A stretch of DNA of 64,000 bases from Microthyrium microscopicum. Lineage: Eukaryota. A program made the translations under genes and the position numbers. Shown here piece by piece: positions 52,004-64,000 of this stretch (the stretch's first letter is position 1; every line of letters begins with the position of its first letter). The notes under the pieces are model-generated. The model was not told where the DNA came from and ran no database searches. It saw only the letters and a list, made by a program, of their open reading frames with translations. The stretch lies in contig MU004239.1 of assembly GCA_010405405.1 (NCBI GenBank), positions 992,001 to 1,056,000 on the forward strand. Direction: 5' to 3'.

Positions 52004-52642
52004 CTATTCCTCAGCCTTCTTTGCCTTTACGCCTCTCGGTTTCGCAGCTGGTCGGTCCTTCTTCTCGCGCTGGCTGTTCTGAATAGCAGATGTACGGGCA
52101 ACGGCGGCTTGACGGAGATCAGCACGGTAGCCACGCTTGGCTGTGCTTGAGACGACGGTCGAGTAGGATCTGAAGGTGCGATATGTCAGTTATCCATACA
52201 GGAGCAATAGATGAGGTTTACTGACTTGCGTCCTGAACCCTTGAGGCCGGAGGTGTGTCGGTGGGATGCTGGCTTGTTGGCCTTGTCTCCACCCTTCTTG
52301 GTGGTGAGTGTTACGCCCTTCTCGCTTGGTGTGATGCCAATGGCCTATATCATCCATGTTAGCTCCATATGTCTCTTGTAGCTCGTGGTTTTGGGAACAT
52401 ATATGCGCACCTGGTCGTTGATGAAGCCAGTGTGTTTGCGCGTTTGCTTGTTGAGGAGATTGAGAGGATCGCGAGAGAAGTTGACTCCACCACCTGAGCG
52501 GCGCTTGACTTGGTAGCTGTTCCATCCCTCTACGGCGAATGTTAGCAATTGTCCTACGATTTTTGCGTGATGTGGGCTGGTTGCTCGGGCAGAACGTACT
52601 GGTAACCTCCCAGAGAAGATCGGCAGAGAAGTGGTCGGTCAT
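52004..52642 (-). CDS. RPL28: 60S ribosomal protein eL28
   Basis: Four exons: MTDHFSADLLWEVT, GWNSYQVKRRSGGGVNFSRDPLNLLNKQTRKHTGF, AIGITPSEKG.., ..YRADLRQAAVARTSAI..KKAEE. Confidence 0.93.
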
Positions 52643-53184
52643 TTTCGCGAGATTTTCTGGTAGGGGAGAGTGATGTGTGACTATCTTCAATCGATAATAT
52701 GAGCTTGGTGGGAGTAGGCGAAATCAGAGCGCTGCTGTGGGTTAATTATTTCGGATGAATAATCGTTGCGCTAGGGCCAATGCGGCTACTTTGGTATGGG
52801 TTGGATGCAGCTACACGTAACGTCGACTGTTCCTTCCTTCTTCCTCCCAGAGGTCGATCGTAGATGCCTACTTGGATCCCCCGTCCCTACTACTGACGAT
52901 TTATCCTATATTCTGAACACTCTCTTCTCTTCCTTTCTGTCTCAGACCCCTTAAATTGTCTACGTTTTCACAGTAAAGGTTGTGTGGTGTCATCGCTTTT
53001 GTTCTCTATTCACTCCACAAACAGACTTGCAGCTGACGTTGCGGATGGCACGGATATAGAGTGAACGGGCAGCCGTAAATACCAAATCAACGTCTACTTC
53101 CACTATATCAAGATCTTCCACAATACGATACATATTCAACTTCAAGGGTGCTCATACAAAGTCGCCAAACCGACCACCGCAATC

Positions 53185-53622
53185 ATGATGCTCTTCTACA
53201 GCCTCTGTTTCCTCACTCTCATCGCCATGACAGGTACGTACTCTGCCATTTACCCACCTCCAATCCATGGAACTCCCAAAGCACCAGAAACTAACAATCC
53301 CCAAGCAGCATACTTCACTCGCTCCCGCTGGCTGCACCTCCTCCCCACCCCAAGCTACTTATACACCCAACTCCCCACCACATTCCGCGGCGACGTCGAA
53401 GCAGGTCTCCACTCCGCCGACTTTGACATGACTGGCAACGTAGAAGGCGACAGCCGCTCCGGGCTTGACGAGAACGGCAAGCGCCAAGTGCTCACCATCA
53501 TGAAGCGGCGCGGGGTTGGCTTTGATGAAGCGAGGCGCATATACATGGAGCAGAACTTCAAGAAAGCGGGCATTGGCAGTGATGGGCTGCCAAAGGACCC
53601 AAAATTCGTTAGCTTTTCTTAG
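53185..53622 (+). CDS. UPF0357/DUF2015 family protein (YCL012C-like)
   Basis: N-terminal TM; FRGDVEAGLHSADFDMTGNV.GDSRSGLD, FDEARR, DGLPKDPKFVSFS; probable in-frame intron 53234-53305/53308. Confidence 0.88.
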   Translation: MMLFYSLCFLTLIAMTGTYSAIYPPPIHGTPKAPETNNPQAAYFTRSRWLHLLPTPSYLYTQLPTTFRGDVEAGLHSADFDMTGNVEGDSRSGLDENGKRQVLTIMKRRGVGFDEARRIYMEQNFKKAGIGSDGLPKDPKFVSFS

Positions 53623-53922
53623 TGTCATGAGAAGTCACTTGAGATGGTATGGAATAGGAGCGAGGCGTTTTGCTTGGTATACTTTCATTTGTCTGCGCGG
53701 GATGCGCGAGCTTGTGCTATGAGCTTTGAAGCGCAGTTTTTACTGCTGGTTTGTCATATTATACAATGGGAGTGGACGGTGCTCTCCTTGCTTAGCTTCT
53801 AGGTCAGTGCTCGGCCTTGAAGGCGGAGTTGGCAATAAAAACAGAGATTGAATCAATCATGTTTGTCGTACGCCATACGTAGACATCTGTGCCGTGGTTT
53901 GTGCATGCTAAGGTGGTAGTGT

Positions 53923-54999
53923 TCATCTCTGGTATTGTTGTTGGAAGCCAGGTGGCATTGGTGGAGGAGCCCCAGGCATTCCTGGAGCAAAGCCAGGAGG
54001 AAATGCTCCAGGCGGACCACCCATGCCCGGAGCACCCATAGGCGGGGGACCTCCTTGAGGATATTGACCTCCAGAAAATCCAGGCGGTGCGAAATTCGCC
54101 GGCCCACCGTATCCTGCTACTGACGGCGGGGGTCTCGCAGGTAAGCCTGAAGGAGGAGGAGGTAGCGGACTGGGCGAGGGGCCACCGCGGGGAGGACCTT
54201 GATGCTGCTGATGGCCATTCGCGAAACCAGGCGGTGCAAAGCCAGCTGGTCCTCTCGAATCGTTCATTGCTGGCATCGGTTGTTGCATGATAGGGGGAGC
54301 GAAAAGTTGTGTTTGTATTGGCTGTACTGGAAGTTCGACGTTGTGCGCTCTCGCTTGGTTGGCGAGCATGCGTTCTGCGTCGTCTCCGTGTTTGAGACCC
54401 TTGCCATCCTTCTTGAAGGCATATTGAACGGATATTTCCTGGTTCATGAGATATTGGCCGTGCATATTTGCGATTGCCTCGTCCGATGACTCGAAATTCG
54501 AGAAAGATACGAAGCCATAGCCTTTGGATAGATTGGCCTCGTCGCGAGCCACTTTTGGCGCTTCCGTAAGAGCTCCAAAACGGCTAAATGTATCGTATAG
54601 TGCCTTCTCGTCAACCATAGGATCCAGATTTCCAACGAATAACTGTGCGCCAATTTCTATTATCTTTGCCTTGTCTGCCGATGCTTTGTTGACGCGGATA
54701 GGCTTCCCGTAAAGCCGTACTTGATTCATGATTTTGGCAGCATATTCTGCATCTTCTTCCGTTTGGAATTCCACAAAGCCATATCCTTGATGTGTTTGGG
54801 TGACGCGATCTTTAGGTAGGTGAACGTTTACGATGCGACCGGCTTGGAGCATAAGCTCCCATACCAGCGCGTCTGTGGCTCGCTCATCGAGGTTTCCGAC
54901 GTAGACGGTGGCCTCCTTGTCTTGTTCCCTAAGCAAATTAGTATACTGTGAGGGATGGAGCACAAAGAGAAAAACTTACCAGTGTCTTGCGCCCGACAT
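53923..54999 (-). CDS. HSH49: Splicing factor 3b subunit 4 (SAP49/Hsh49)
   Basis: MSGARHW, intron, EQDKEATVYVGNLDE; two RRMs (HQGYGFVEF, KGYGFVSF); Pro/Gly-rich tail. Confidence 0.95.
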
Positions 55000-55250
55000 G
55001 ATGATTACCTGGGCAATGCGCAAAGTCGAGAGTGGAGCTGGCTAAGAAATATTCAGAAAAGTTCAAGACCATCAAGATGTAGATCAGTCTGCAATTCACT
55101 GCGGGCCGATCACGTGGCTGTCGGCCCGGCTCTCGGATGCAGGGGTCAGTGCTTGGACAGGATGCTCTCAACTTTTCTATCAAGTCCAATTCGATCAGCA
55201 AGCTTCTCTGTCCGTCACTAGAAGTCTCCTCAAAAGCTCTCGTCTACATC

Positions 55251-55609
55251 ATGCAACTCTCCGAAGATTCAAAAGTAAGTAATCAACATTCCAAGCCAAT
55301 TATTTCCTTTGCTAATTTTGGTTAAGGAGCGCATCGCAAAGATCCTCGACATTTCGCGCGTCGCCATCCATTAGTACGTCGCCGTACACGCTATTCTCGA
55401 ATGCATCTAATTATGACAGCGGTTACATCCCTTTGATATTATATATGGGTATGGAGACATCATTTTGAACTCGCCTTCACCAGCTAACCAGGCGTAGGCT
55501 ACACACGAAGCGCCCCAAGACCTTCCTTGATCTCGTTCGTTCATCCCTTACAGCCTCCCACGGATATGCTCTAACACGATGGTGCAGTCTCTTGTCACCA
55601 CTCGGATAG
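55251..55609 (+). CDS. TOM7: Mitochondrial import receptor subunit Tom7 (five exons, absent from the ORF track)
   Basis: Splicing four short GT-AG introns gives [52 protein letters not shown]. Confidence 0.93.
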
Positions 55610-56415
55610 GTCTCACAAGCGTTGAATCGGCATACATCGGGTTTCAGGCGTTCATGTCAACAGTATCACGAGGAGTCAAGATGTACAATATAATACGGGC
55701 ATTGGGTTTGATGGCAAGGAATATACAATCAACACTCTGAAAAATGAAACTCTTTCAAGAAGCCGGATTCTTCTGGAGCACAAGTTTGTGATCAATTCTC
55801 GAGGATACTCAATGCGCATTGTGCAGATGAACCCTTTCTAAATCTAGCTGTCTGGCGTTGAAATCCTGGTGGTACTTGGACACAGATGTTCTGGCTTCAA
55901 CGAGATAGGAGGACGGATAAAGAAGTTGAACACAATCACGGGGCAATAAAGCAATGGAGGGCGACAATCTGCTCTAGTCTCTATGGTTTCTGCGATTCTG
56001 GCAAGCGATCAGGATCAGGCATCTAGCAGTATCAGAACTAAACACATCGAACAATCGGGCCTTATCGCCATCGCGGAACCTAAACAGCTAGAAAAAAACC
56101 TCCGAACTAACGAAGTCGATTTACAGATTTGCCTTCTACAATCTAGCGGTGTACACACTCCCAATCTTGGCAATCGGAATGGATTCTATGGTTGGGTGCA
56201 TGTAACATGTTCGTAGGGTGCGACATAGGCTTGTTTTCCTGCGGCTTCCCGGTCTATCGATAAATGACTTCCACTATCAACCCCTTCCCATGAAGGCGGG
56301 AAAAGTTCCGGCAGATCCTGGATGACAATATTCTTCTCTCAGCACCTCCACCAAACTCCCAGACAGTTTTGTTCCGCACTATTCTGGTCATCCTGCATCT
56401 CCCTCACTTTTAAAA

Positions 56416-57931
56416 TGAATCGGTTCACCCCAAGCCAGGAAGAGCGCGGAAATCGAGCCATAGCTGCCCACTGCAATGCTTTACGAGAGTCTGAAGCTCG
56501 TCAGGGACAGCGACCTAACCTGAACTCGAAAGAGGAAGCTTATAGCAAGTTCATGCTGACTCTATCATCCGCTAACGAAGAACCTGAACACCCTATCTAC
56601 TTCGTTTGTCCCTCATATCCGCCATGCACAAAGACTCAACTGGAACGTATGTACATCGCAGATCTTCGGCACTGCACGCATCATCGCGGCTCCTATCTCA
56701 TACTGCGCGCCGTTACACCACCCAAACGGATTGTGGGTATTCGTGTACTCATGGAGGATGACAAGGGCGATGCCATACAGCTGCAGCTGAACATGCAAGA
56801 AGACGAGGAGAGGCGCGTAGCTACGAACATTGTGGATGTAGGCAGAATCATTCTGATCAAGGAACCCTATTTTGAGGTGATGGAAAATGGTAAGACTTTC
56901 TTTTACTATTCCACATTCACTGATCACATGTGAAATGCCGGCCTATACTAGTGCTGGCTGCCAGCACATTCGATGGCGTCCATAAAACGTCCTATAGGGC
57001 CGCTACGAAAAACCCAAATATTTTTTTCAGCCGGTGTTGGCTTTGATCCTGATGGTCAACTAAATATTTCCAGGCGAATACGCTCTCTGCGTGGATCATC
57101 CGTCCGATATAATGCACGTTCATCCAGATGGCCGCAAAGTGCCACGGGAATGGCAGTTGAAAACCGTCAGCGTACGACAAACAGCTGAAATAATCAAGCT
57201 GAAAGGAAACAAAGCAATGAGCGAAGCTAGGTATTGGGACGCACTTTCGCAGTAAGTGCCTCAAGTCAGATGAGCATAATACGCGTGGCATGATAGCTAA
57301 AGGTATTCTACAGATACACGCACGCGCTTGATCAGCCAGCCGCTGCAAAGGAAGTCGAAATCATCAAACGCAATAGATCGCTTGCATATCTCAAAACAAA
57401 GCACTTCGATACCGCACTCCTCAATGTAGGATATACATCCTTGAATTCCAAGTCCGCAGAGAAAGCACTATTCCGCGCCGCCGAGGCACTATAGCCTGGA
57501 ACGATATCCCGAGTGCCTCAAAGTGCTAAAAATGCTTTGTTCCAGCTTCCCGAACAATATTCAAGCCAAGGACATATTGAAACGCACTTTTCGTCGCATC
57601 CATGAGCAAAGAACTGGCGATTATGATTTTGCGGAGCTCATTCATGTACAATTCCAACAAGGCAAACTTCGAGACAGTAGACTCGGCCGGGAAGGCCTTG
57701 ACTACACTTGGCTTCATCATCACTGGTGCTGATGCAACTGCTACGGCATTCCGTGTGGATAGATGGGGAAAGCTATTATACCTTGTGCCGGAAACGTTCA
57801 TGTGCGCTCGGAGTGCCTTCGCTGCCATGGGTGCTAAGGAGGATGCGAGACGTGCTGATGAGTTTGCGAAGACAGCACACAAGATTCTTGTTGGAGAAGA
57901 CTCCACATATGACGGTTCCCTTAGGGCTTGA
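56416..57931 (+). pseudogene. Degraded fungal TPR(-SET) family gene
   Basis: N-terminal YPPC..THHRGSYLILR..EDDKGD..IKEPYF..VDHPSD, TPRs (NRSLAYL, EKALFRAAEAL); frameshift/stop at 57490-57494; out-of-frame jump near 57635 from GDYDF to the C-terminal segment (..AHKILVGED), with no SET domain visible. Confidence 0.7.
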
Positions 57932-59342
57932 ACTGATGTTCAGTGCCATGGATGATACCGCGTCGCTGTCAAGAGACTGCAAGAATGTGGATTCTACGTT
58001 GAGAAGTTGTAAAAGAAATGTTGACTGTCAAGAAGAAAAGGTTCGAGAGCAACCGTAGACTTGAAACTAAGCAATTGAATCCTGATTTGGGTCGACGTGT
58101 CAAGTAAGAGGGGCTTGAGCCTGGTGATTAATAGATCAGGTTGTTCTCCGACGTACTTTCTTGCGGTTCTTGAACAGCACTATTACCTGAGAGAACTGAT
58201 TTCCATCGGAAGTATTCAATCTGACTGACCACAACAATGGAACCAGGAGCATTCTACGAATGCGTAGGGAGGCGTAGATGAGCAGATCAATGATTACCTT
58301 CCTTTCTTTTTTATATCAGTAGCAGATGAGATTCTGCATGTGGAGTTGAAGAACCATGGGACTGGAAAGTTAAGTCCACACCAATCAAGCCATGGACGTA
58401 ACCACGTTTATCGCTTCTTGAACATGCCCCCGCGTGGCTTTAGTCAGATTGTTGGGCTATGGAGAGGGGCTCTGCCTTGCCATTGTACCTGTGAGTGTAC
58501 AGACGTGTCCGTTTGTGCCACTTCAAGTCATGTCCTTTCTAAAGCAAGTAATCCGAATACCGGTAATCGTAATGTTCTGATCTCAAATATCGCAACTATT
58601 TGATAGCGTTACATTGAACTATCGATCCCGCCCAAGATCAACCCGGACGGCCGGAAAGAGGCACCTCCCCTCCCACTTCCAAGTCTTCAAATCCTTTGCT
58701 ACCCTGTAGTTGCATATAGCCAATGAATGATAGCTGCCGTACTCGAGTGGGCACTACCCGTTAACTCTACGCAATAATAACGTGGTGTGCCCGTCATGTC
58801 GGTTACGGAACTTACGGTAGCTTGTATCTGGCTATCTGCGGTCTGCAAGTGCCTTGTTGCAAACACATTACACGGAATCCGCCCAGCCTTCTTCACGAAT
58901 CAACGAGCACCGCCATTTTCAGTGATGTTGTCAGCAAAACAAATTCTGCCTCATTACGAAAGCCATCCTGTGGGGGTTGCTTTTTCGCTTCGTTCATAAC
59001 ATCATCCGCTAAGGCCTTGAGGCTCGAGGCTGCGATTCCTGGTTCCAACCGACGAGTCGACGACTTCCATGCCGCTATATCAATAAGAAAGTAACCACGC
59101 TTGGGTGCGCAAGATATTTTCAACTGCTGGTCAGTCTTTTTGCCTTTCATATTGCGATATTCTCTCTTGAAACTGTTTCGATTTTGGAGGCCCCAAAAAC
59201 TCCAAAGCTACTCCATATTCATGCCATTTCCTCTTCCATCCCGTGGCTGTACTCGATCCAGTGTCTAGCCATGTTACAGCCTAGGATTTTTCCTACTTTG
59301 AGTGGCATGCTTACACCACCAAGAAGTCCAATAGTTACTACC

Positions 59343-61602
59343 ATGAACTCACCACCGTCTATCGGGGATGTTCTCAACTTATCACAATGCGCTTGGCGGA
59401 CAGGTCGAGCTTTCAACTCGGGAAGTAGATCTGGTCAAGCAAATCTTCCAACTACATTTTTGGAAATCGAGGAAGAGCTAAATCGACTTGCCAAAGCCTT
59501 AAAGCGTTTTGCTGAATTCTTGGTACACGAGAATATTGAGTCGCTGATATCAGGGGCCGATCCAGCGGCGCAAGATGGACTTGGAGTCATACTAACATCC
59601 TGTAAACGGACACTGGAGGACCTCTCAACTTTGGTCGATACGCATCAAGCAACTCGAAGAAACACAGTCACTGGAGGATATACGATTGAACGCATCTGGA
59701 ATCCTGCGTTCCTGGCTAATCACCATGCGCTCGTGTGGACTGTAAATGGCGGCTCCATTTATGACTTGTATGAGATGCTCCGCATGCATTCTGTCACAAT
59801 CACCATGTTAAGAGTAGTACTAGAAAGGTAAAATCTTTCCATTGCGTTTCCCTGCCCTCGAAATTGGCTTCTCTCATGACACGTTCACTTGAAGTTTTGA
59901 TTCAGGCTAATCCAATGCTTAGCCACTCCACAACTGGCGTTGAGATGGGGATTATTCCAATCGCCGAAAAGATCAACGAATTGTACCTAGACATGCCGCA
60001 GGATGATCTCAGTTCAGCTCTCGCGGAGATACGAGGTCTCGCTCATGCATCTGGAGGTGATATTCCGTCCCCTGCATCGACTGTACCACCAACTCCTACC
60101 ATGGGCGGATTTGATTTGAGACGAGTAAGCACCTTACTTATAACACCTGCGATGAGTCCCGATATCAAACCTAGCGAAAGTGAAAGTGGAAGTAACGTTA
60201 CCACACCAGTGCCTTTGACACCTCTCCGTGTATCAAGTGGTTTCTTTTCAGTCCCGCCCTCAGGAGACTTGCCATACCATCCAGCGAGGAAGTCTACTAC
60301 GAGCTTACCAACCCCATCAGCACCTGTATCGCCTCGATCAGAACTGCCCAGCCTTTCCTTGATTCCAACTGTCCCTCTCACTCCAGGGAGCCTAGATTCC
60401 CAACCACAGGGACTTCAAGCATCTGCATCAGCCAGCGATGTCTCTGCTTTGTCACAATCCATCAGTTCATCAGGGAGGAGCAGTCTTCATCGTCACTCTC
60501 ACTCAGCAGATTCATTACACCTACCTCCACCAGTATGGGATGACGAGACCAAATCAATGCACAAAACGGAAAGGCTCTCCCTCCTTCCTCAACTATCTGA
60601 AGAACCACTGAAACTGGGCCGGTCCGCCAGCACAATCAGCCAACAACAAGAGTTTGAGAGAACATTGTTCCGCAATGCGGCAATACTCTGCGACGTACGA
60701 GGCACACTGGTCGAATACACCGTCCCTGCAGCCGCCGACCAACCCTTTGAAGTCGACCTCGAAAAAGCCATGGCAGACTGCCGAGTTTGTCTAGTCCGCC
60801 ACAAACGTACGACCCGCGACGGCCGAATCAACTACTCCACGAGTATATGGTCATTCAGCGACGATCGGTCCGTTCGTCTCGAACAAAAGCGTAAGCCCAA
60901 CCCCTGTTCCAGCCATAAACAGCCCGAAAGCTAACAAACGTAGTTGACGAGCGCGAAGAGATTATCCCCTATACCTCCTACTTCCAGCCCGAAAAAGCCT
61001 CCATCACCATCCCCACCAAACTAATCTACCACGGCAACTCACGCACCACCCCACCCACCAAAATCGCTCAAACCACTTGGCTGAACTACTACTTCGCCGA
61101 CGAAGCCGGTTGTAGAGAATTCCAAAACCAAATCTTTGGTCGCGCTCTCATCGCTAGCTACAAAGTTGAAAAGATTCTTCGCGTACACGAAGGTCTCGCC
61201 GGCATTGTCGCGAGCCAGGAACAGATGTGCGGCATGGAGAATCTACGCGTGTGGGACGAGGATGAGACGGGCGGCATTATGGCGCTGATACATTTCAGTG
61301 CTTTGTTTCGCACGGGCTATATGAAGGTTTATCTAAATAATGCGAAATATCCGATTATGTTAAAGGATGAGGGCGGACGAGTGTTGAGGATCAAGGGATT
61401 GAGGGTCCCGGTGGACGGTGGGCATGGACATCATCATCACCATCATCATGGGCACTTCCATGCGCATAAGAAGGAGCGGGAGCCGGGAAGTAAGAAGAGC
61501 GTCAATGCGAAGGTGGAGTTTCTGCATGAGGCGGACAAGCTGGAGTTTATGGCGCTTGTGAGGGAAGCTCAGAAAGGGATGGTGGATATCGACGATGAGT
61601 AG
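59343..61602 (+). CDS. Conserved fungal hypothetical protein: helical STAND-N-terminal-like domain, S/P-rich linker, C-terminal beta (PH-like) region
   Basis: SIGDVLNLSQCAWRTGRAF N-terminus; introns 59828-59922 and 60891-60943 give a continuous frame; poly-His loop near the C-terminus; upstream in-frame ATGs (59271, 59307) possible. Confidence 0.75.
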
Positions 61603-61955
61603 AGGGTTGATCTTGGGTTTTGTGTATAATGGGCGCGATTTTGTATCTTGCAGCGCGGCGTTGGAAGGCTCATCGATATACATTCTACGGACTTCGTTGT
61701 ATAGAACAGATATAAGGACACAAACGATTTTCCAAAAGATAATGATAAACCTAAAGTCATAACATTCCAGTTCTATTTCAATGTCTTCACGCTATTACAT
61801 ATCCTTTCCCGTGATAGACAATCTAATTGAAAAGCAAGCGGTTCTGAATGGTGTAACCTAACAACACCGCAGGATAAAAGCAACGCTACCCATTCCGTCG
61901 CTTATACCATGAAATTCAAACACAATATGCTGAGCACCCATCCACACCTCCCCAC

Positions 61956-62605
61956 CTATCTCGAAGCATCATCCGTCTTCTTGTTCTTGAGATCTCCGCC
62001 GAACATACCCGCGCCTCCCGAAGTGCTGCCCTTAGCAGCGTTGTTTGCCACCGTCTTCGCGAATAGAGTCTGGCCCTTCATTCTGGTTTCACCATCGTCA
62101 GCATCAACCATCACCTTTATTATAGCAGAAATACTTACCCCTTGCCCATATGCTTGTTCTTGAAGGCAGCCAACTTCTGCGTCGCCGGTGATTGAATTGT
62201 GTCAGACGGGCTAATGTAGGTGTTCTGGAGTCTATTTGCAAGGAGAAGCATGGTGTTAGTCTGCTGATCTACCTGATTCAAGACGCGTGGTTGCTCTAAG
62301 ACAGAATGCTCGTCTTGTTTTTCGTCGTCTTCAGGAGACTTGACCGTCACGCGAAATTGTGGTTTAGCTGCTGGCTGTGTACATGATTTGGATGGTTCCG
62401 ACGTGGATACAGGAGTTGGGCCCGCAGGCTTGGTGGGAGACGGGGTGGGTGCGCGAGCGCTGGGCTTTACGTACTGTCCGTCTTTGACTTGCGATTCAAG
62501 GACTGCGCGGTGGTATTCGAGGCTCTTGGGTTTCGCGTTTGCGGCGCCGTCGAGAGGTGGTGAGAGTTGGGTGTTTGTGTCGCGCTCGGCGAGGGCTGGA
62601 GACAT
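61956..62605 (-). CDS. SPO12: Spo12-family protein
   Basis: KPKSLEYHRAVL and YISPSDTIQSPATQKLAAFKNKH motifs; last exon MKGQTLFAK..DDASR*. Confidence 0.82.
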
Positions 62606-63401
62606 GGCTCTGGCGAGAGGAGCGTTGTTTAGGGATGTGAGAGTTGTTTGGTAGGATGGAATTGGTTTCGATGGTGGTTGCTTGAATTTTGTAGGTTTAG
62701 TTGAATTGTTGGGGGGTTTATGAGGAGTTCGCGGTACGTGGTGTTGGATGGAGTTAAGTCATCGAATTGTTGGTATTTCAGGAGGTTAGTAAATAATGGC
62801 GGTTGCTATGGAAAGCGCTCACCTAGAAAAAAGTGGCTAGCGCGTTTTGCTCAACCACTAGCCAGCGAACAAGTCGCTCCTCCATTTCATCTGAATGACG
62901 CCGTAATGTTTCTTGTTAGATGTTTTAATATCGCTTCTCTCTTCAATATTTACTGTATACACTTATTTTGGTCGCTAAACAAAGCGCTGTTTTGCAAAGG
63001 CTGCGGAAATTGCGGCATTCTTCACAGAAGCACGCGTCCACAGTCCCCTGGTTTTGATTACTCTATCACAGAATCTGAAGAGTTGGAAAACTCCAGAAAT
63101 TCCTCTGATCATGCCAATCGATCACTATAGCTTACAGCAAGGTTTCCATATTCGTTAGCTGCAGCATTATCATTAAATCTTACTACTCCGCACCACGTCC
63201 CATACTGATCTTATAGAGACAGTAATAGATATATACATCGGCGTATTCTTCGATATATCAACAAGAAAGTAACTCAGCACAATCGACCAGCGATCTAATA
63301 ATCGCCATGTAATGTCCACCATGTTTCTGGTCATTCGGAAGAGACAGTTGTATTCTCATCACGCACAAATGGCAATTCATTACACGACCACAACCGCTCC
63401 T

Positions 63402-63996
63402 TTAGACTTGTATCGGAAGTCTTCCTAGCGGAGTTCCAAGTGGGTCGAAGAGCGAACCTGGACTTATTCCTTCAGATTCTCGGCTGGAGAGAACAGGAGT
63501 ATGCCCAGCGCGATATTTCTGTGGTTTTTGTGCCATTTGCTTTGGTGATGACGGAGGATCATCGTCAATTAAGCTTGCAGTGGCAAGACCAATGTCGCTT
63601 CTGATCACAATTAGCACAAGTCTCACGTCTACAACTAAACACTCACTGGGCAAAACTGTGCTCGAACGCATTGGTTTCGTGGCCGAAATCGTCTTCAATT
63701 ATGTACGGCGTGTGAGGAATTGGCTCAAGAAGAGTTCTCCCAATACTTTTTCTATTTGGAATTGTAGTTGGACAAGCAGCACTAAGCGAGTCGCTGAAAT
63801 CTCGTGGACTGGCTTGGGCGATGCTGTTGCGTGCAGTAGGAGGCGGGCCAGTCATTGCATGAGTAGACAAGGCCGTCGAAAATCTTCTCATCCATGAACC
63901 TGCAGAGCCAATTGAAGAGTTTCGCCTTCCGTTCTCCGAGCTAATGGAAGCATTGTCATTGGTATTACTGTTGTTTGTGCTACCGCTTGACGACAT
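63402..63996 (-). CDS. Hypothetical low-complexity fungal protein
   Basis: ORF 63996-63647 spliced (GTGAGT 63646..CAG 63601) into the 63402 frame; RRNS/RRFS PKA-like sites. Confidence 0.6.
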
Positions 63997-64000
63997 GAAG

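Noticed and set aside
53234..53308. In-frame stop-free intron with AAGCAG tandem acceptor in the UPF0357 gene
   Set aside because: Short 3n introns lack stops by chance; no sign of function

Overview
Gene-dense, intron-containing window of a filamentous ascomycete chromosome (GT-AG introns with CTAAC/CTGAC branch points, RIP-mutated repeats; Dothideomycete-like by inference only). About 25 protein-coding genes: GPI-anchored wall protein, two HET-domain proteins, carotenoid oxygenase, glycine-zipper protein, a secreted protein with PHM/DBH-like copper-site motifs, F-box protein, USP deubiquitinase, MRPL7, RAD16, two MFS transporters, alpha/beta hydrolase, SEC15, UreF, RPL28, UPF0357 protein, SF3B4/HSH49, TOM7, SPO12-like protein, hypothetical proteins and a TPR(-SET) pseudogene. 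Mobile DNA: a complete 9.6 kb RIP-inactivated Ty3/Gypsy element (152 bp LTRs, ACAAG target-site duplication), a 410 bp hAT-type MITE (8 bp TSD) and a degenerate TA-flanked MITE. The most unusual signal is inside the retroelement: besides minus-strand gag-pol, it carries a roughly 520-codon antisense reading-frame relic that, after reversing RIP changes by eye, gives a coiled coil plus a six-cysteine DUF3716-like motif. All calls are by manual reading; no searches were run.
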